From positions 160,001 through 224,000 of the forward strand of contig OY969706.1 in the NCBI GenBank assembly GCA_963702095.1: a stretch of DNA of 64,000 bases, read 5' to 3'. The notes beneath the pieces were generated by a model. That model was not told where the DNA came from and ran no database searches. It saw nothing but the letters and a program-made list of their open reading frames with translations. The stretch comes from Candidatus Bathyarchaeota archaeon. Its GTDB lineage: Archaea; Thermoproteota; Bathyarchaeia; Bathyarchaeales; Bathycorpusculaceae. The position numbers and the translations under genes were made by a program. How positions within the stretch are numbered: position 1 is the first letter of the stretch; each line of letters begins with the position of its first letter. Of the stretch, positions 30,233-41,091 are shown piece by piece.

Positions 30233-30260
30233 TGCTTCTTTGTTCCGTGCTTGCTTATTT

Positions 30261-31181
30261 TTAGAAGAGCTTTTCCCAGCTTGTGACTAGGTCGAGGACT
30301 TCTTGGCCTGCTTTGCCGCCGTAACTCTTTAGGCGTTCGCGTGTGTCTTTTTCTGCGATGGCTTTCTTCTGGAATTCCTGCATCTGTGCTGCTTTGTCTG
30401 TGAGGTATAGTAAACCGTCAGCGCCTGCGCGTGCCATGCGGACTGAGACTGTGAGGAGTTCGCTTGGTGTTGGTGTTTCTCTTGGATCGTCGCCAGGACC
30501 GATAACGTAGAGTGCAATGTTTAGCTTTGTGTCTTTGAAGAGTTTTTTGAAGTTGCGTGTGAGCATTTCCCAGTACCAAGGTGTTGCATAGTTCTTGCTG
30601 AACATGACTACGAACATTTCGGTTGTGAGTGGTAACATGTCATCGAAGTTGACGCCGAAGCGTTCATAGTTGGTAACGGGGTCTGGTAGGACACCGATGT
30701 AGAGTGGTTTTTTGGCTTTGTTGATTACGCGGTCGCTTGTTGCTGCCATGTAGTTTGTGACTTCTTTGCGTCTCCACTCGTACCATGAGAGGCCGCTTTT
30801 TTCGTGGAGTGCTTTGCAGCGTGGGCATGTGCAGTGGCCGTGTTCTGCGAAGTGGATGCTGTTGAGCCAAACGCCTTGGCTTTTGCGCGCTACGTCTTCC
30901 ATGTAGTCGAGTTGTTCTGCTCTGTGTTCTGGTTGTGTTTGGCAGAGGACTTCCCAGCGTACGTTGAAGTTGTCGTTGGTTCTCCACGCTGGACCGAGGT
31001 CGCTTTGGCTAATCCAATCGGGGTGAAGGCGTGCAGCTACGTTGTCGCCGAAGATTGCTACGTTGCTGTACATATCAGCTTTGGGGGGCAGTCGTCTTCC
31101 GACTTCAGGTTTAGTGCGGAAAAGGTCAAAGTCGAAGCCTGGAACCTTTTTTGCTTCAAACATGTATGTGCCGAATTTCAT
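30261..31181 (-). CDS. Hypothetical protein, possible glycoside-hydrolase-like TIM barrel with C.C..C motif
   Basis: HPDWI, HCTCPRC...WR, typical of DUF187/GHL-like barrels. Confidence 0.55.
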   Translation of the reverse strand: MKFGTYMFEAKKVPGFDFDLFRTKPEVGRRLPPKADMYSNVAIFGDNVAARLHPDWISQSDLGPAWRTNDNFNVRWEVLCQTQPEHRAEQLDYMEDVARKSQGVWLNSIHFAEHGHCTCPRCKALHEKSGLSWYEWRRKEVTNYMAATSDRVINKAKKPLYIGVLPDPVTNYERFGVNFDDMLPLTTEMFVVMFSKNYATPWYWEMLTRNFKKLFKDTKLNIALYVIGPGDDPRETPTPSELLTVSVRMARAGADGLLYLTDKAAQMQEFQKKAIAEKDTRERLKSYGGKAGQEVLDLVTSWEKLF

Positions 31182-31335
31182 TTGCTTCTACCTTTTTAGA
31201 ACTCAAAACGTTCGGCGCTGTTATAAAGTTTTGCATAAATGACGTATTAAGGGTTGCAAAACCTAAATTGATGTTTGGCGATTGCTTAAGACGCAAAAAA
31301 CCGCGTCTGGCACCAAAAGTATGTTTCAGCACATG

Positions 31336-31462
31336 TACTTGCAGAATCCACCCTAACCAGCCAGCAACTGCAGAAACCCGCAGAATCCAAAACACAGCCG
31401 CCTGCAGAACCCGCTGGTTGTTGTTGTGTATAGGAACCTTCAGCAACAACAACATTAGAAAA
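31336..31462 (+). repeat. Dispersed intergenic repeat, copy C (3' part)
   Basis: AACCAGCCAGCAAC core; GCTGGTTGTTGTTGTGTATAGGA identical to copy A; stem GTTGTTGTTG/CAGCAACAAC followed by AACATTAGAAAA. Confidence 0.75.
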
Positions 31463-31684
31463 GGCCAAAAGTTAGAGACTTCTTTGGTCAGCTGTTTTCA
31501 TCGCTGACAGTCAGGGTTTGCGGATGTTTTTGTTTTGCCAAGACCCCTTTTTTGCAGCAGAGATGGACAGAAACAGCGAAAAAACCTAGTCCCTGCAAGC
31601 GGATTTTTTATTTATTGTTGTCGCAAGCTTTTTAGGGTATGCGCCTCCGCAAATAACATATCTTGTTAACGTTTAGGTGCCAAG

Positions 31685-34306
31685 ATGAGCCAGCCGCATG
31701 CCCAACTGCCAGATGAAGCCGTTTCGGCGTTGGAATCCAACATCGAGCGGGGCTTAACTGAGCAGGAAGCAACGGCGCGCCTAAACCAATACGGCAAAAA
31801 TACGTTAGTGGAAGAGCGGCAGATACGGTTCCTCGATATTTTCAAAGAGGAAGTCACCGAACCCATGATACTGCTACTCTTAGCCATCGGAGTATTATAC
31901 AGTGTCCTAGGGTTCCTAGCAAACACGGGTTTTGAAGATGCCGCAACCATCATCGTAATCATAATCATCCTCGTCTTAGCTGAAGTCTGGAACGAGTACC
32001 GTGCCAAACGCTCTGTAAACGCGCTAAGGCAACTGGCGCCACCTACGGCAACTGTGCTTCGCAACGGGCAAACAGTGGAATTACAGACAGCTAATTTGGT
32101 TCCAGGCGACGTTTTGCTCCTCAAAGTTGGGCAGAGAGTTCCAGCGGACGCGCGAATCTTGGAATCCTACGGTTTAGAAGTCGATGAATCTTCCCTGACC
32201 GGCGAATCTTTCCCCGTCGCCAAAGACGCCACGGCAGTTTTACCCCCAGAAACTCGCGTCACTGAACAGACCAACATGGTTTTCACTGGAACCGTTGTTA
32301 CTCGGGGGAGAGCAAAAGCCCTGGTGACCCAGACAGGCGTAGCCACCGAGTTGGGCAGAATCCAAGGCATAACCAAAGCAGGCAAAGAACCCAAAACCTC
32401 CCTCCAGTTGGCTATGAAGCAACTATCCAAAACTCTGGTCTGGGTGGCGCTCTTATTTGCAATACTCATCCCCCTGCTAAGCTATGCCCGTGGGTTGCAG
32501 CCTAGCCCAGCAGAAGCTGTCCTCTACGGCTTATCCTTGGCGTTCGTTGTTATCCCCGAGGAATTGCCCATAATCATCACTATGGTGTTGGGCGTCGGCA
32601 GCTACGCGTTGTCCCGCAGAGGCGCCATCGTGAAGCGGCTTCGTGCGGCAGAGACTTTGGGTAATGTTACCGTTATAGCCACCGACAAAACTGGAACCAT
32701 AACCGAGAACAAGCTGAGGGTTGAGCACCTCTACTTCGACGGCTCCATCCATGCCTCTGCCGAGTTTAAGGAAAACGAGAAAGCGGCCCTGAAAACAGCG
32801 TTTCTCGCCAGCGACGCCGCGGGAGCGTTGAGTAATCCGTTGTCGAATGCGATTTTTGAGCGGCTAAAACAGGGGGGCTTAGACGTTAAAACGCTCACTG
32901 AGGGCTGGGTGCTCAAGGATGAGTTAAGTTTTGATGTTAACCGCAAATTAGCCTCATACGTTTACCAGTATGGCGCCTCAACCGTGGTGCTCTCAAGCGG
33001 CGCCCCCGAAAAAGTGCTCGCTCAATCTTCTCGGATTCTGCTGGAAGGCCAAGAGAGCCCCCTGACAGATGAATTGCGAAGCCAAGTCATAACGGTCACG
33101 GCGCAGATGGCGCACACTGGCGAACGGCTACTGGCTTTTGGCTACCACCGCTTAGCCCCAGACGCTAAAGAGGGCTTGGAGCAAGACATCGTTTTAGTCG
33201 GCGTCATAGGCTTCATTGACCCACCTCGCCCCGAAGTAAGAGACGCCATCCGCACCTGCCAACAAGCAGGCATCCGAGTCATCATGGTTACAGGCGACCA
33301 CCCTGAAACCGCCAAAACAGTCGCGGGACAAGTCAGCATAAACAACTCAAAAGTGTTAACTGGCGCCCAAATCGCAGCGATGTCCGATGAGTTGTTGAAG
33401 GATGCACTGAGGAGCACCAGTGTGTTTGCTCGGGCAACTCCTGAAGACAAGTTGCGGTTGGTTCGGTTGTTGCGTGAGATGGGGGAGATTGTGGCGGTTA
33501 CAGGCGATGGCATAAACGATGCGCCTGCCCTCAAAGAAGCCCACATCGGCATAGCCATGGGCATCCGGGGAACCGATGTAGCCAAAGAAGCCGCCGCCAT
33601 GATAATCACCGACGACAACTTCGCCACTATAGAAACCGCTGTTAGCGAAGGCCGCCGCCTCTACAGCAACCTCCGAAAAGGCGTCCGCTACTACTTAGCC
33701 TGCAAAGTCGCCTTGGTATCCATCTTCCTTGTCCCAATCATACTGGGCATCCCCCTGCCTTTTGCTCCCATCCAAATCATCGTGCTCGAACTTTTCATGG
33801 ACTTAGCCGCCTCAGCCACTTTCGTTGCAGAGCCACAAGAGAAAGGCGCCATGAAAAAGCCGCCCAACGACCCCAAAGAGCCCTTCATGGATTGGCGCAT
33901 GCTAAGACCCCTGTTCTTGGGTGCATTGAGCCTCTTCTTAGCTGTCACAGTCACCTACCTCTTTACATACTACACAGGACTCTCCACCATGACAGTCGAA
34001 CAAGCAACAATTTACGCGCGAACAGTTGCCTTTGCAACATGGATGTTTGGCCATATCTTCTTAGCCCTCAACTTCCGCTCCGAAAACGCGCCGCTACTAA
34101 AACAGGGTATCCTCTCCAACAAGGTTATGCTGCTGTGGGCGCTGGTGGTGTTTGTTGTGTTGCTTGCAGGCACCACATTACCCGCTTTGCAGTCGGCAAT
34201 CCAGATAACCTCGCTTAACGCGGCTGATTGGGTATTGGTGATTGGTGTGGCGTTTGTGGCGACGTTTTGGATGGAGCTCAAAAAGTTTCTAACAGGAAAA
34301 ATTTAA
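31685..34306 (+). CDS. Cation-transporting P-type ATPase (type II, Ca2+-like)
   Basis: TGES, IPEELP, DKTGT, DPPR, TGD, GDGINDAPAL. Confidence 0.95.
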   Translation: MSQPHAQLPDEAVSALESNIERGLTEQEATARLNQYGKNTLVEERQIRFLDIFKEEVTEPMILLLLAIGVLYSVLGFLANTGFEDAATIIVIIIILVLAEVWNEYRAKRSVNALRQLAPPTATVLRNGQTVELQTANLVPGDVLLLKVGQRVPADARILESYGLEVDESSLTGESFPVAKDATAVLPPETRVTEQTNMVFTGTVVTRGRAKALVTQTGVATELGRIQGITKAGKEPKTSLQLAMKQLSKTLVWVALLFAILIPLLSYARGLQPSPAEAVLYGLSLAFVVIPEELPIIITMVLGVGSYALSRRGAIVKRLRAAETLGNVTVIATDKTGTITENKLRVEHLYFDGSIHASAEFKENEKAALKTAFLASDAAGALSNPLSNAIFERLKQGGLDVKTLTEGWVLKDELSFDVNRKLASYVYQYGASTVVLSSGAPEKVLAQSSRILLEGQESPLTDELRSQVITVTAQMAHTGERLLAFGYHRLAPDAKEGLEQDIVLVGVIGFIDPPRPEVRDAIRTCQQAGIRVIMVTGDHPETAKTVAGQVSINNSKVLTGAQIAAMSDELLKDALRSTSVFARATPEDKLRLVRLLREMGEIVAVTGDGINDAPALKEAHIGIAMGIRGTDVAKEAAAMIITDDNFATIETAVSEGRRLYSNLRKGVRYYLACKVALVSIFLVPIILGIPLPFAPIQIIVLELFMDLAASATFVAEPQEKGAMKKPPNDPKEPFMDWRMLRPLFLGALSLFLAVTVTYLFTYYTGLSTMTVEQATIYARTVAFATWMFGHIFLALNFRSENAPLLKQGILSNKVMLLWALVVFVVLLAGTTLPALQSAIQITSLNAADWVLVIGVAFVATFWMELKKFLTGKI

Positions 34307-34366
34307 GGCGGGCTCGGCGGGTTCTTCATTAATTTTATTAGGACTATCCGCCCAAATTGGTGGGCG

Positions 34367-35452
34367 ATGGGTGCGAACGTGGGGGATACCTTGGAGCCTA
34401 AACCAGCCGCCGGTTACTCGGTTGATTTAATCCGCTTCGTCGCCATCTTCGGCATCATCTTAGTCCACACCTCAGGATACCCCTACCCAATACCGGGCCC
34501 CGGAATCACAGCCACAGACGTGGTTTACTGGTTCACCACCGACATCTACAATACTCTGGGCACGGTGGGGGTGCCGTTGTTTGTTATGTTAACAGGCGCT
34601 CTGCTACTGGACCCAGTCAAAGCCGATGAACCCCTAAAGGATTTCTACAAGAAACGCTTCAACCGCATCGCTTGGCCATTCTTTTTCTGGACTTTGTTCT
34701 ATTTTGCTTGGGACTTCAGCGTTCGCGCAAAGCCCTTAACACTCTTCAACGTGGGACAGGGGCTCCTCACAGGGGCATACCCTCATCTGTGGTACATTTA
34801 TTTGCTTATGGGGTTATATGCTGTAACGCCGATTCTGCGAATACTCCTAAAACACATAGACCGCAAACTATTCACCTACCTGCTTATCCTATGGTTTGCG
34901 GGTACAGTGTTTACCCCTTTCATTCACACCTTCACAAACTTCACCTACGACCCCGTTTCTTTCATGTTTTTTGATTGGATAGGCTACTTCCTCTTAGGCA
35001 TCTACCTGCTCCAGAGCAACTTCCGACGCCAAACCGGCTACGTCTTTGCTGCTGTGGGGCTTTTAGGCGCCATCATCGGCGACTGGCTCCTCACCGCAAC
35101 CTTTGGCGAACAGTTCACAGGTTACCTGCATAATTACATGAGCATCACCATGATAGTGGGGTCCGCAGGCTTGTTTTTCCTCTTAACCACCGTAAAAGCC
35201 TCAGTGTTCAGTAGCCGACCCAAGGTCAACCGTGTGCTTCATTGGGTAAGCCAAAACACCCTTCCGATTTACCTCATCCACATGATAGTTCTCGAAGTCT
35301 TGACAATGCAGGTTTTCGGCGTTTACCTAAACACCCTGACGTATAATCCCCTCATCGACATCCCCGTCTTCACTTTACTGGTGTTTTCTGTTTCGGCGGG
35401 GTTGGTTTTTGTTCTCAAAAGGATTCCGGGTGCTGCAAAAGTAATCGGCTAA
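34367..35452 (+). CDS. Acyltransferase-3 (WecH/OafA-like O-acetyltransferase), paralog 1
   Basis: DLIR..AI...I.VH, VPLF.M..G.LL, KR..R, HLWY.Y, IYLIH. Confidence 0.9.
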   Translation: MGANVGDTLEPKPAAGYSVDLIRFVAIFGIILVHTSGYPYPIPGPGITATDVVYWFTTDIYNTLGTVGVPLFVMLTGALLLDPVKADEPLKDFYKKRFNRIAWPFFFWTLFYFAWDFSVRAKPLTLFNVGQGLLTGAYPHLWYIYLLMGLYAVTPILRILLKHIDRKLFTYLLILWFAGTVFTPFIHTFTNFTYDPVSFMFFDWIGYFLLGIYLLQSNFRRQTGYVFAAVGLLGAIIGDWLLTATFGEQFTGYLHNYMSITMIVGSAGLFFLLTTVKASVFSSRPKVNRVLHWVSQNTLPIYLIHMIVLEVLTMQVFGVYLNTLTYNPLIDIPVFTLLVFSVSAGLVFVLKRIPGAAKVIG

Positions 35453-35588
35453 TGCTCCTTAAGGCGCTCGGTTAGTTCGCTTGGGAATTTTTGGTTTTAT
35501 GTCGGTCACTTTTAAATGGGATGGTTTTGTTGGGTGGGCGATATATCGGTGAAGTCTTAGGCAATCTGTTCAAACTTACAATGCACCC

Positions 35589-36632
35589 TTGAATTTGTCG
35601 GTGGATCTTGTCCGCACAGTAGCTATTGTGCTGGTGGTTTTGGTTCATGTAACCTCTTTTCCCTTCAGCGTCCAAGGCTTAATGACTCCAGCGGCGATGT
35701 TTGACTGGTGGACAACCGACGCGTATGGCGCAGTTGCAAACCTCAGTGTGCCCCTCTTTATCATGCTTAGCGGTGTTTTGCTGCTTAATCCTGAGAAAGC
35801 TGATGAGCCAATTGGGGTTTTCTTCAAGAAAAGGCTTGCACGCATAGGTTTGCCCTTGATTTTTTGGACCGTAGCCTACTTTGCCTGGGACCACTACATC
35901 CACGGTTACGCTCTTACGCCAACCAATGTCGCCGAGGGCTTGCTGGGCGGTTCATACTATCACCTGTGGTTCCTCTACCTTTTGGTAGGGCTCTACTTGG
36001 CTACGCCTGTTCTGCGTGTACTCGTAAAAAACCTTGACCACCGCCGATTCAGGTATTTCTTGGCGTTGTGGGTGGTCGGCACCTTTGCGATTCCATTCGT
36101 CAACGCATTTGGCGGATTAGGCTTCAACGCCGACGTCTTCATTTTCGTCGGTTGGGCAGGATACTATCTCTTAGGAATTTATCTGTTGCAGACACAGGTT
36201 TCGTCTCGGGTGCTCTACGCCTGTTTAGTTGGGGGGCTTGTGGCGACTGTTGTTGCGGATGGTTTGGTGCCTGCTGTTTTGGGTGCTAACTTTATGGGTT
36301 TTTTCCATCAACCCCTCAACTTCACTTTGGTCTTGGCGTCGGCTGCACTGTTTCTCATCTTAATGCGCACCACAGCAAACCAAACAGGCAACAATCATCC
36401 TACATTTAATCGAGGGGTAAGCTGGATAAGCCAAAACACACTGCCAATTTATCTGCTTCACATCATGGTTTTGGAAGTCCTTGAAAACGGCTATTTGGGG
36501 CTTTCTTTGAACATGTCGGTGCTAAGTCCAATTGTGGAGATTCCCCTGCTTACGTTAGTGACTTTTGGGTTAACTGCGCTGATAGTTTATCCGCTTAAAA
36601 AAATACCCCTAGTGAATCGGTTAATCGGGTGA
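35589..36632 (+). CDS. Acyltransferase-3, paralog 2
   Basis: Same motifs: DLVR, VPLFIMLSG, HLWFLY, IYLLH. Confidence 0.9.
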   Translation: MNLSVDLVRTVAIVLVVLVHVTSFPFSVQGLMTPAAMFDWWTTDAYGAVANLSVPLFIMLSGVLLLNPEKADEPIGVFFKKRLARIGLPLIFWTVAYFAWDHYIHGYALTPTNVAEGLLGGSYYHLWFLYLLVGLYLATPVLRVLVKNLDHRRFRYFLALWVVGTFAIPFVNAFGGLGFNADVFIFVGWAGYYLLGIYLLQTQVSSRVLYACLVGGLVATVVADGLVPAVLGANFMGFFHQPLNFTLVLASAALFLILMRTTANQTGNNHPTFNRGVSWISQNTLPIYLLHIMVLEVLENGYLGLSLNMSVLSPIVEIPLLTLVTFGLTALIVYPLKKIPLVNRLIG

Positions 36633-36734
36633 TTTCCTTGCCAAAACACGCCTGTGGGCACTTAACTTTTTTAACCTCAACTGACCTCCAACCCTAAAAA
36701 ATCCGTATGGCTGCGGGGGACAGAGATTACAAAC

Positions 36735-37796
36735 TTGGAGCAGAAAGCCGTAACTGTAGATTACCCAGTTGATTTAATCCGCACCGTAGCCATCCTCATG
36801 GTGGTTCTGGTTCACTGCTCCTGCTTCCCCTTCCGCATTCCAGGCGAAATAACGCCCCTTGTTATGGTTGACTGGTTTGCCTCAGACGTTTATGGAGCCA
36901 TTGGCTACCTAGGCGTGCCCCTTTTCATAATCTTAAGCGGCGCATTGCTGCTTAACCCCGCTAAAGCCGACGAACCCATGCGTGTCTACTACAAGAAACG
37001 CTTCGCCCGCGTTGGGTTGCCTATGATTTTCTGGACCATAATCTACTTCGGCTGGAGCTTTGGCGTTCGAGGCAGCCCTTTTAGCCTCTACAACGTCGGG
37101 CAGGGACTAATATCTGGCTCTTACCCGCTGCTGTGGTTCCTCTACTTGTTGGTGGGGTTGTACTTGGTTACACCGATGCTGCGAGTGTTTGTCAAGCATG
37201 TAGACCGCAAAAAATTCACAGTGTTGCTTGCCCTCTGGTTTGTGGGCACAGTCATAAGCCCCATCATCCACACCTTCACAACCTTCAACTTTAACCCGTT
37301 GTCGTTTGTGGTGCTGGATTGGATTGGGTACTTCCTATTGGGCATCTACCTCGTCAATAGCAAAATCCGTTCCCTTTGGGCTTATCTGGGCTTGTTTGGG
37401 GGTTTGCTGGTGGCAATCTTGGGTGACTGGTTGCTAACCGCCAGTATGGGCGAATCCTACACTGGCTTCTTCCACGGCTATTTGAGTTTCAACATGATAA
37501 TCGCCTCCGCCGCCCTCTTCATCCTTCTTACCCGAATTCCGCAGAGCAAAATGGACCGCCTAAACCCCACCGTCAACGGCGTAATCCACTGGATAGGACA
37601 AAACACGCTGCCGATTTACCTGTTGCATATCATGATTTTGGAGACGCTGCAGTTGGGGCTGTTGGGGTTCGCGTTCCCCTACACCTACATCTTCATAGTG
37701 GACGTGCTCTACATGACCGTGGTAAGCTTCGGCCTTACAGTCGCCATCATCTACCCCCTCAAAAAAATCCCCTACTTGGCTAAACTCATCGGTTAA
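36735..37796 (+). CDS. Acyltransferase-3, paralog 3
   Basis: Same motifs; HLWF replaced by LLWF. Confidence 0.9.
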   Translation: MEQKAVTVDYPVDLIRTVAILMVVLVHCSCFPFRIPGEITPLVMVDWFASDVYGAIGYLGVPLFIILSGALLLNPAKADEPMRVYYKKRFARVGLPMIFWTIIYFGWSFGVRGSPFSLYNVGQGLISGSYPLLWFLYLLVGLYLVTPMLRVFVKHVDRKKFTVLLALWFVGTVISPIIHTFTTFNFNPLSFVVLDWIGYFLLGIYLVNSKIRSLWAYLGLFGGLLVAILGDWLLTASMGESYTGFFHGYLSFNMIIASAALFILLTRIPQSKMDRLNPTVNGVIHWIGQNTLPIYLLHIMILETLQLGLLGFAFPYTYIFIVDVLYMTVVSFGLTVAIIYPLKKIPYLAKLIG

Positions 37797-37820
37797 CCTT
37801 CTTAGTGGTCGAAACTTGCT

Positions 37821-37900
37821 GTTCTGCTTGTAGAAACCTCCACAACCCGCCTGCAACCCCTCTATGGTACAAAACCCAAAAACACAGCCGCTCACTAAGC
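37821..37900 (+). repeat. Dispersed intergenic repeat, copy F (internal fragment lacking hairpin)
   Basis: GTTCTGCTTGT..CTCCACAACC shared with copy E; AAAACACAGCCGC shared with copy C. Confidence 0.6.
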
Positions 37901-37943
37901 TCACTTAATTTTTAGTGATTGATTAAAAATAAAAAAGAGGAAG

Positions 37944-39089
37944 TTATTTGTTTATTCGCTTCTTAAGCACCACTGCAATGATTGCAGCTGAAATCAAGAC
38001 AGCAGCTAAGATGGCAGCGACGTATGCAAGGGGAAACTGGTTGAATTCTGCAACAGTTTGGTCCTTAGAGAGGGTTGGGTCAACCGAAGAGGAGGCGCTA
38101 GGTGAACTATCCGGAATGTACCCTCCGCCAGATAAAGTTACACAAGAGATTATTTCGCCACTGTCAGCCCACAACTGAACACGAATTTGACTTACAAAGT
38201 AAGGGTACAATTCGCTTAGCGGCAGATAAACTACCCAGATCGGATGCAAACTTCTATCTTCACCGCGGCTCTTAGAAAACGGTTCTGCACGGATGTAGTC
38301 ATGTACTATTGAAAAGTTTGAGATTACTTCGCCATCGTCCATTCGGTATGAGAAGGTTTCCGCCCGCTTTAATGCCAAATCTATCGCCTGCTCTCGGGTA
38401 ATGTTTACGGTGGTGTCGCCGATAGAATTGAGGCTTCGACTATCCGCAAAGGAACTAAATTGTCCGTCCTTGAAGCTTACGTTTATTCCAGGGTAGTCCA
38501 CGCCGTTGAAGGTTGGTTTCCAATGGAATAATGTAGTATTGCCATTTGATGATACTTCAAGCTTTAAGTTGCCCTCGATTTTCGATGAATCCTTTGAGGG
38601 GTCTATATTGACAAGCATGTTTCGCATTATGGCTATATCTTTATCACCGGTAAATTCTTCGCATTTTTCCATGAATGCAGCTGCATTATTGACAATATTG
38701 GCTGATGGGTTTTTGGTATAAATCGGCGACCCCGAAGTTGCATATAACTTACAGGATAATAGATTACTGCCTGCGAAGTTGAAGATACAATGCAGAAGAC
38801 TGTTTTCGTGGTTTTCGAAATCTAGATAATCTAAATCATAGCGTCCAGATGTTTGAATGTATCCAGCCTCACCAATTAAACTGATTTCGGAAAGATTGGT
38901 CGTGTAAAAAGAGTTAAGGTGTATTTCGTACTTCGATAAATCGAGGTTAACAACATTACTTAAGAAAGTTAGGACTTTTTCAGGATCAGCTTGCGATTCA
39001 ACTTCAGATGCACGGCAATATGAAAGTGGCTCGGACAGTGTTAGTGCTAGGAAAGCTATCAGAATGGCTGTTGTTAATTTTTTGTTCAT
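37944..39089 (-). CDS. Secreted/surface protein with C-terminal TM anchor
   Basis: Signal peptide; PepSY-like IT.EQAI..A...W.V...A.SGEI; S/P linker, TM, basic tail. Confidence 0.75.
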   Translation of the reverse strand: MNKKLTTAILIAFLALTLSEPLSYCRASEVESQADPEKVLTFLSNVVNLDLSKYEIHLNSFYTTNLSEISLIGEAGYIQTSGRYDLDYLDFENHENSLLHCIFNFAGSNLLSCKLYATSGSPIYTKNPSANIVNNAAAFMEKCEEFTGDKDIAIMRNMLVNIDPSKDSSKIEGNLKLEVSSNGNTTLFHWKPTFNGVDYPGINVSFKDGQFSSFADSRSLNSIGDTTVNITREQAIDLALKRAETFSYRMDDGEVISNFSIVHDYIRAEPFSKSRGEDRSLHPIWVVYLPLSELYPYFVSQIRVQLWADSGEIISCVTLSGGGYIPDSSPSASSSVDPTLSKDQTVAEFNQFPLAYVAAILAAVLISAAIIAVVLKKRINK

Positions 39090-39101
39090 TTTTTCACCGT
39101 T

Positions 39102-40664
39102 CTATCTTGGAATTGTTGCATATCCATCGCCCCATACACGTAACTGTGTGGTGGTATAGTTTCCATGCACAGCATCCCACACTACTTGCTGATTTAAATA
39201 GAGATCACTATTTGCGAAGTCTACGCCGTTTATAAAGTATGAAGCGTCGTCAAGAGCATTTTTGACATTCTCTCCTTGGAGAAGAGTGTTGAAGAATAAG
39301 ACAACAAATTGTGACATATATCTATCATCCAATTGTCCCATGTCATTGTAATTGGCCGAGATTGATGTGAAACAAATGAAAACATGATCAGAGAGATCAG
39401 GGTCTGCATATCCATCGTCCGCCATTTCGCTATTAGGATCTGTGATGTCAAGCCAAGATGCAAGCATACCCCAAGCGTGATCTCCTGAGATTTCTCCAGC
39501 ATTGTCAGGATGCCCTTCTACGCATGACCAGAGAAAAACGAAGTCATGTGTGCCACGTGTATGACTCGTTACAGATTTTGCAGCTTGTACACTAGCAAAA
39601 AGCTCATAGTCTGTTATAGGATCCAGTGAATCGTAACCATTTATATCGACGATTCCCCAATGGTTGATGGGGCAGCTAGGATTACCGCAGCCTCCAGCAC
39701 TGTCATCCAGCCAGAAATGCCCTTTGTAGATAACTAAGGAATAATCGCATACTATTTCGTTCGCATATGTATTATAATAGACAGTATCCGTGTATGTTCC
39801 ATCATTTCTATTTCCCCAATCATCGATGCAAGGGCTATATTTGCCAGTATTAGCGAAATAAGTTGTAATATAGGACGAAACTGTGCCTGACATCGAACGT
39901 TCAGCTTCTCCGCCATACTCGGGGGGGTACCAGAGAGTGCCATAGGAGGTCATGCTTGGTGTTCTCAATAAACCAAAATCATAGGAAGTATCTGTTCGAT
40001 CCATGATTACTGGACCTACAAAATAACAGGTCTTTAGAACATTATTGCTTGAATCTAAAACTTGTATATAACAAACCTGAAGCCCCGTAGTGTCTGCTGT
40101 CCACAAATCTACTCCTCTGATCACAACATCGACAGTTGAACTTGAGAAACCTGATAGATTTAGGATACCCGATGTATCTTGTCTCCAACCAATCCATCCG
40201 CCATTGCTAGTAGCAGGGTAGCTACAGGCCAGTACAGAGGTGTAATCGCTGATTGGATGTTGTACGTTATCTACTGTCGTCCTAAATTCATCGTCATTTA
40301 TAAGTCGCCTGTTGAGTTCGTGGTCAACCACATAAAGTTCGGCAAGAGTTACGGGATCACCGTAGTAATCATAATACCATTGCCAGTAAACTCGCAATTT
40401 CTTTCCGTCAAGATAGCTTCGGTCAAATGGCATAAAGATGTAGGCGTCACCAAGGCCGTTATCTGTTGACATAGCTTGAAGAACTGAGCCGGAGTCTTTA
40501 CTAAAAGTGTATGCTGGAGTGTATGCGTTCCATTGTTTGTACTCTTTTAATGCTTCTGTGCTGTATAAGTCTGTGGAATTTGCTTTAACAGGTGCAATAC
40601 CGATGAAAAGGGATGCAAGAAGTGAAAGCAATAGCAAACTTGGAATTATATGTTTCCTATGCAA
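39102..40664 (-). CDS. Secreted hypothetical protein
   Basis: Signal peptide; 520-aa ORF; KGH...FVFLWSC segment reminiscent of His/Cys peptidase folds (weak). Confidence 0.7.
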   Translation of the reverse strand: MHRKHIIPSLLLLSLLASLFIGIAPVKANSTDLYSTEALKEYKQWNAYTPAYTFSKDSGSVLQAMSTDNGLGDAYIFMPFDRSYLDGKKLRVYWQWYYDYYGDPVTLAELYVVDHELNRRLINDDEFRTTVDNVQHPISDYTSVLACSYPATSNGGWIGWRQDTSGILNLSGFSSSTVDVVIRGVDLWTADTTGLQVCYIQVLDSSNNVLKTCYFVGPVIMDRTDTSYDFGLLRTPSMTSYGTLWYPPEYGGEAERSMSGTVSSYITTYFANTGKYSPCIDDWGNRNDGTYTDTVYYNTYANEIVCDYSLVIYKGHFWLDDSAGGCGNPSCPINHWGIVDINGYDSLDPITDYELFASVQAAKSVTSHTRGTHDFVFLWSCVEGHPDNAGEISGDHAWGMLASWLDITDPNSEMADDGYADPDLSDHVFICFTSISANYNDMGQLDDRYMSQFVVLFFNTLLQGENVKNALDDASYFINGVDFANSDLYLNQQVVWDAVHGNYTTTQLRVWGDGYATIPR

Positions 40665-40878
40665 TTTTTTATTCTCCCAAATTTGTGTCTAAGAGCTAAG
40701 GCGTTAGCTCTCAGCAAGTAATGTATTAAGAGCAATCTATTAATAAAGTTAATTCAGAAATTGAATATTTTGATTAAAACAAAAAGGCTTACTTTTTCAG
40801 TTTAAACACAAGAGCACTGTACAGGGCTTAGCTCCACATCTTGAATTTTAGATTAAATAATTTGCTGGTCTATGGATC

Positions 40879-40994
40879 GCCACAACCAGTATGCAAGCCA
40901 ACCCAGACGTAGCCACAGAAAAGCAGCCGTCTGCCAAGCCCCTAAGAAGTTGTTGTGTAAGGCCGACTTTTCACTACTTCTAACAATAGAAAAA
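40879..40994 (+). repeat. Dispersed intergenic repeat, copy D (3' part)
   Basis: CCACAACCAG core, GCAGCCG, hairpin AGAAGTTGT (40945-53) / ACTACTTCT (40973-81) followed by AACAATAGAAAAA. Confidence 0.75.
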
Positions 40995-41091
40995 CAAACA
41001 CTTCAATCAATTTGAATGCAGCTATGGGAACGCTTAACTTTTTAACCAAAACAACATATCCTACAGGATAAGCAGAAGAGAGGGAAGCGGC

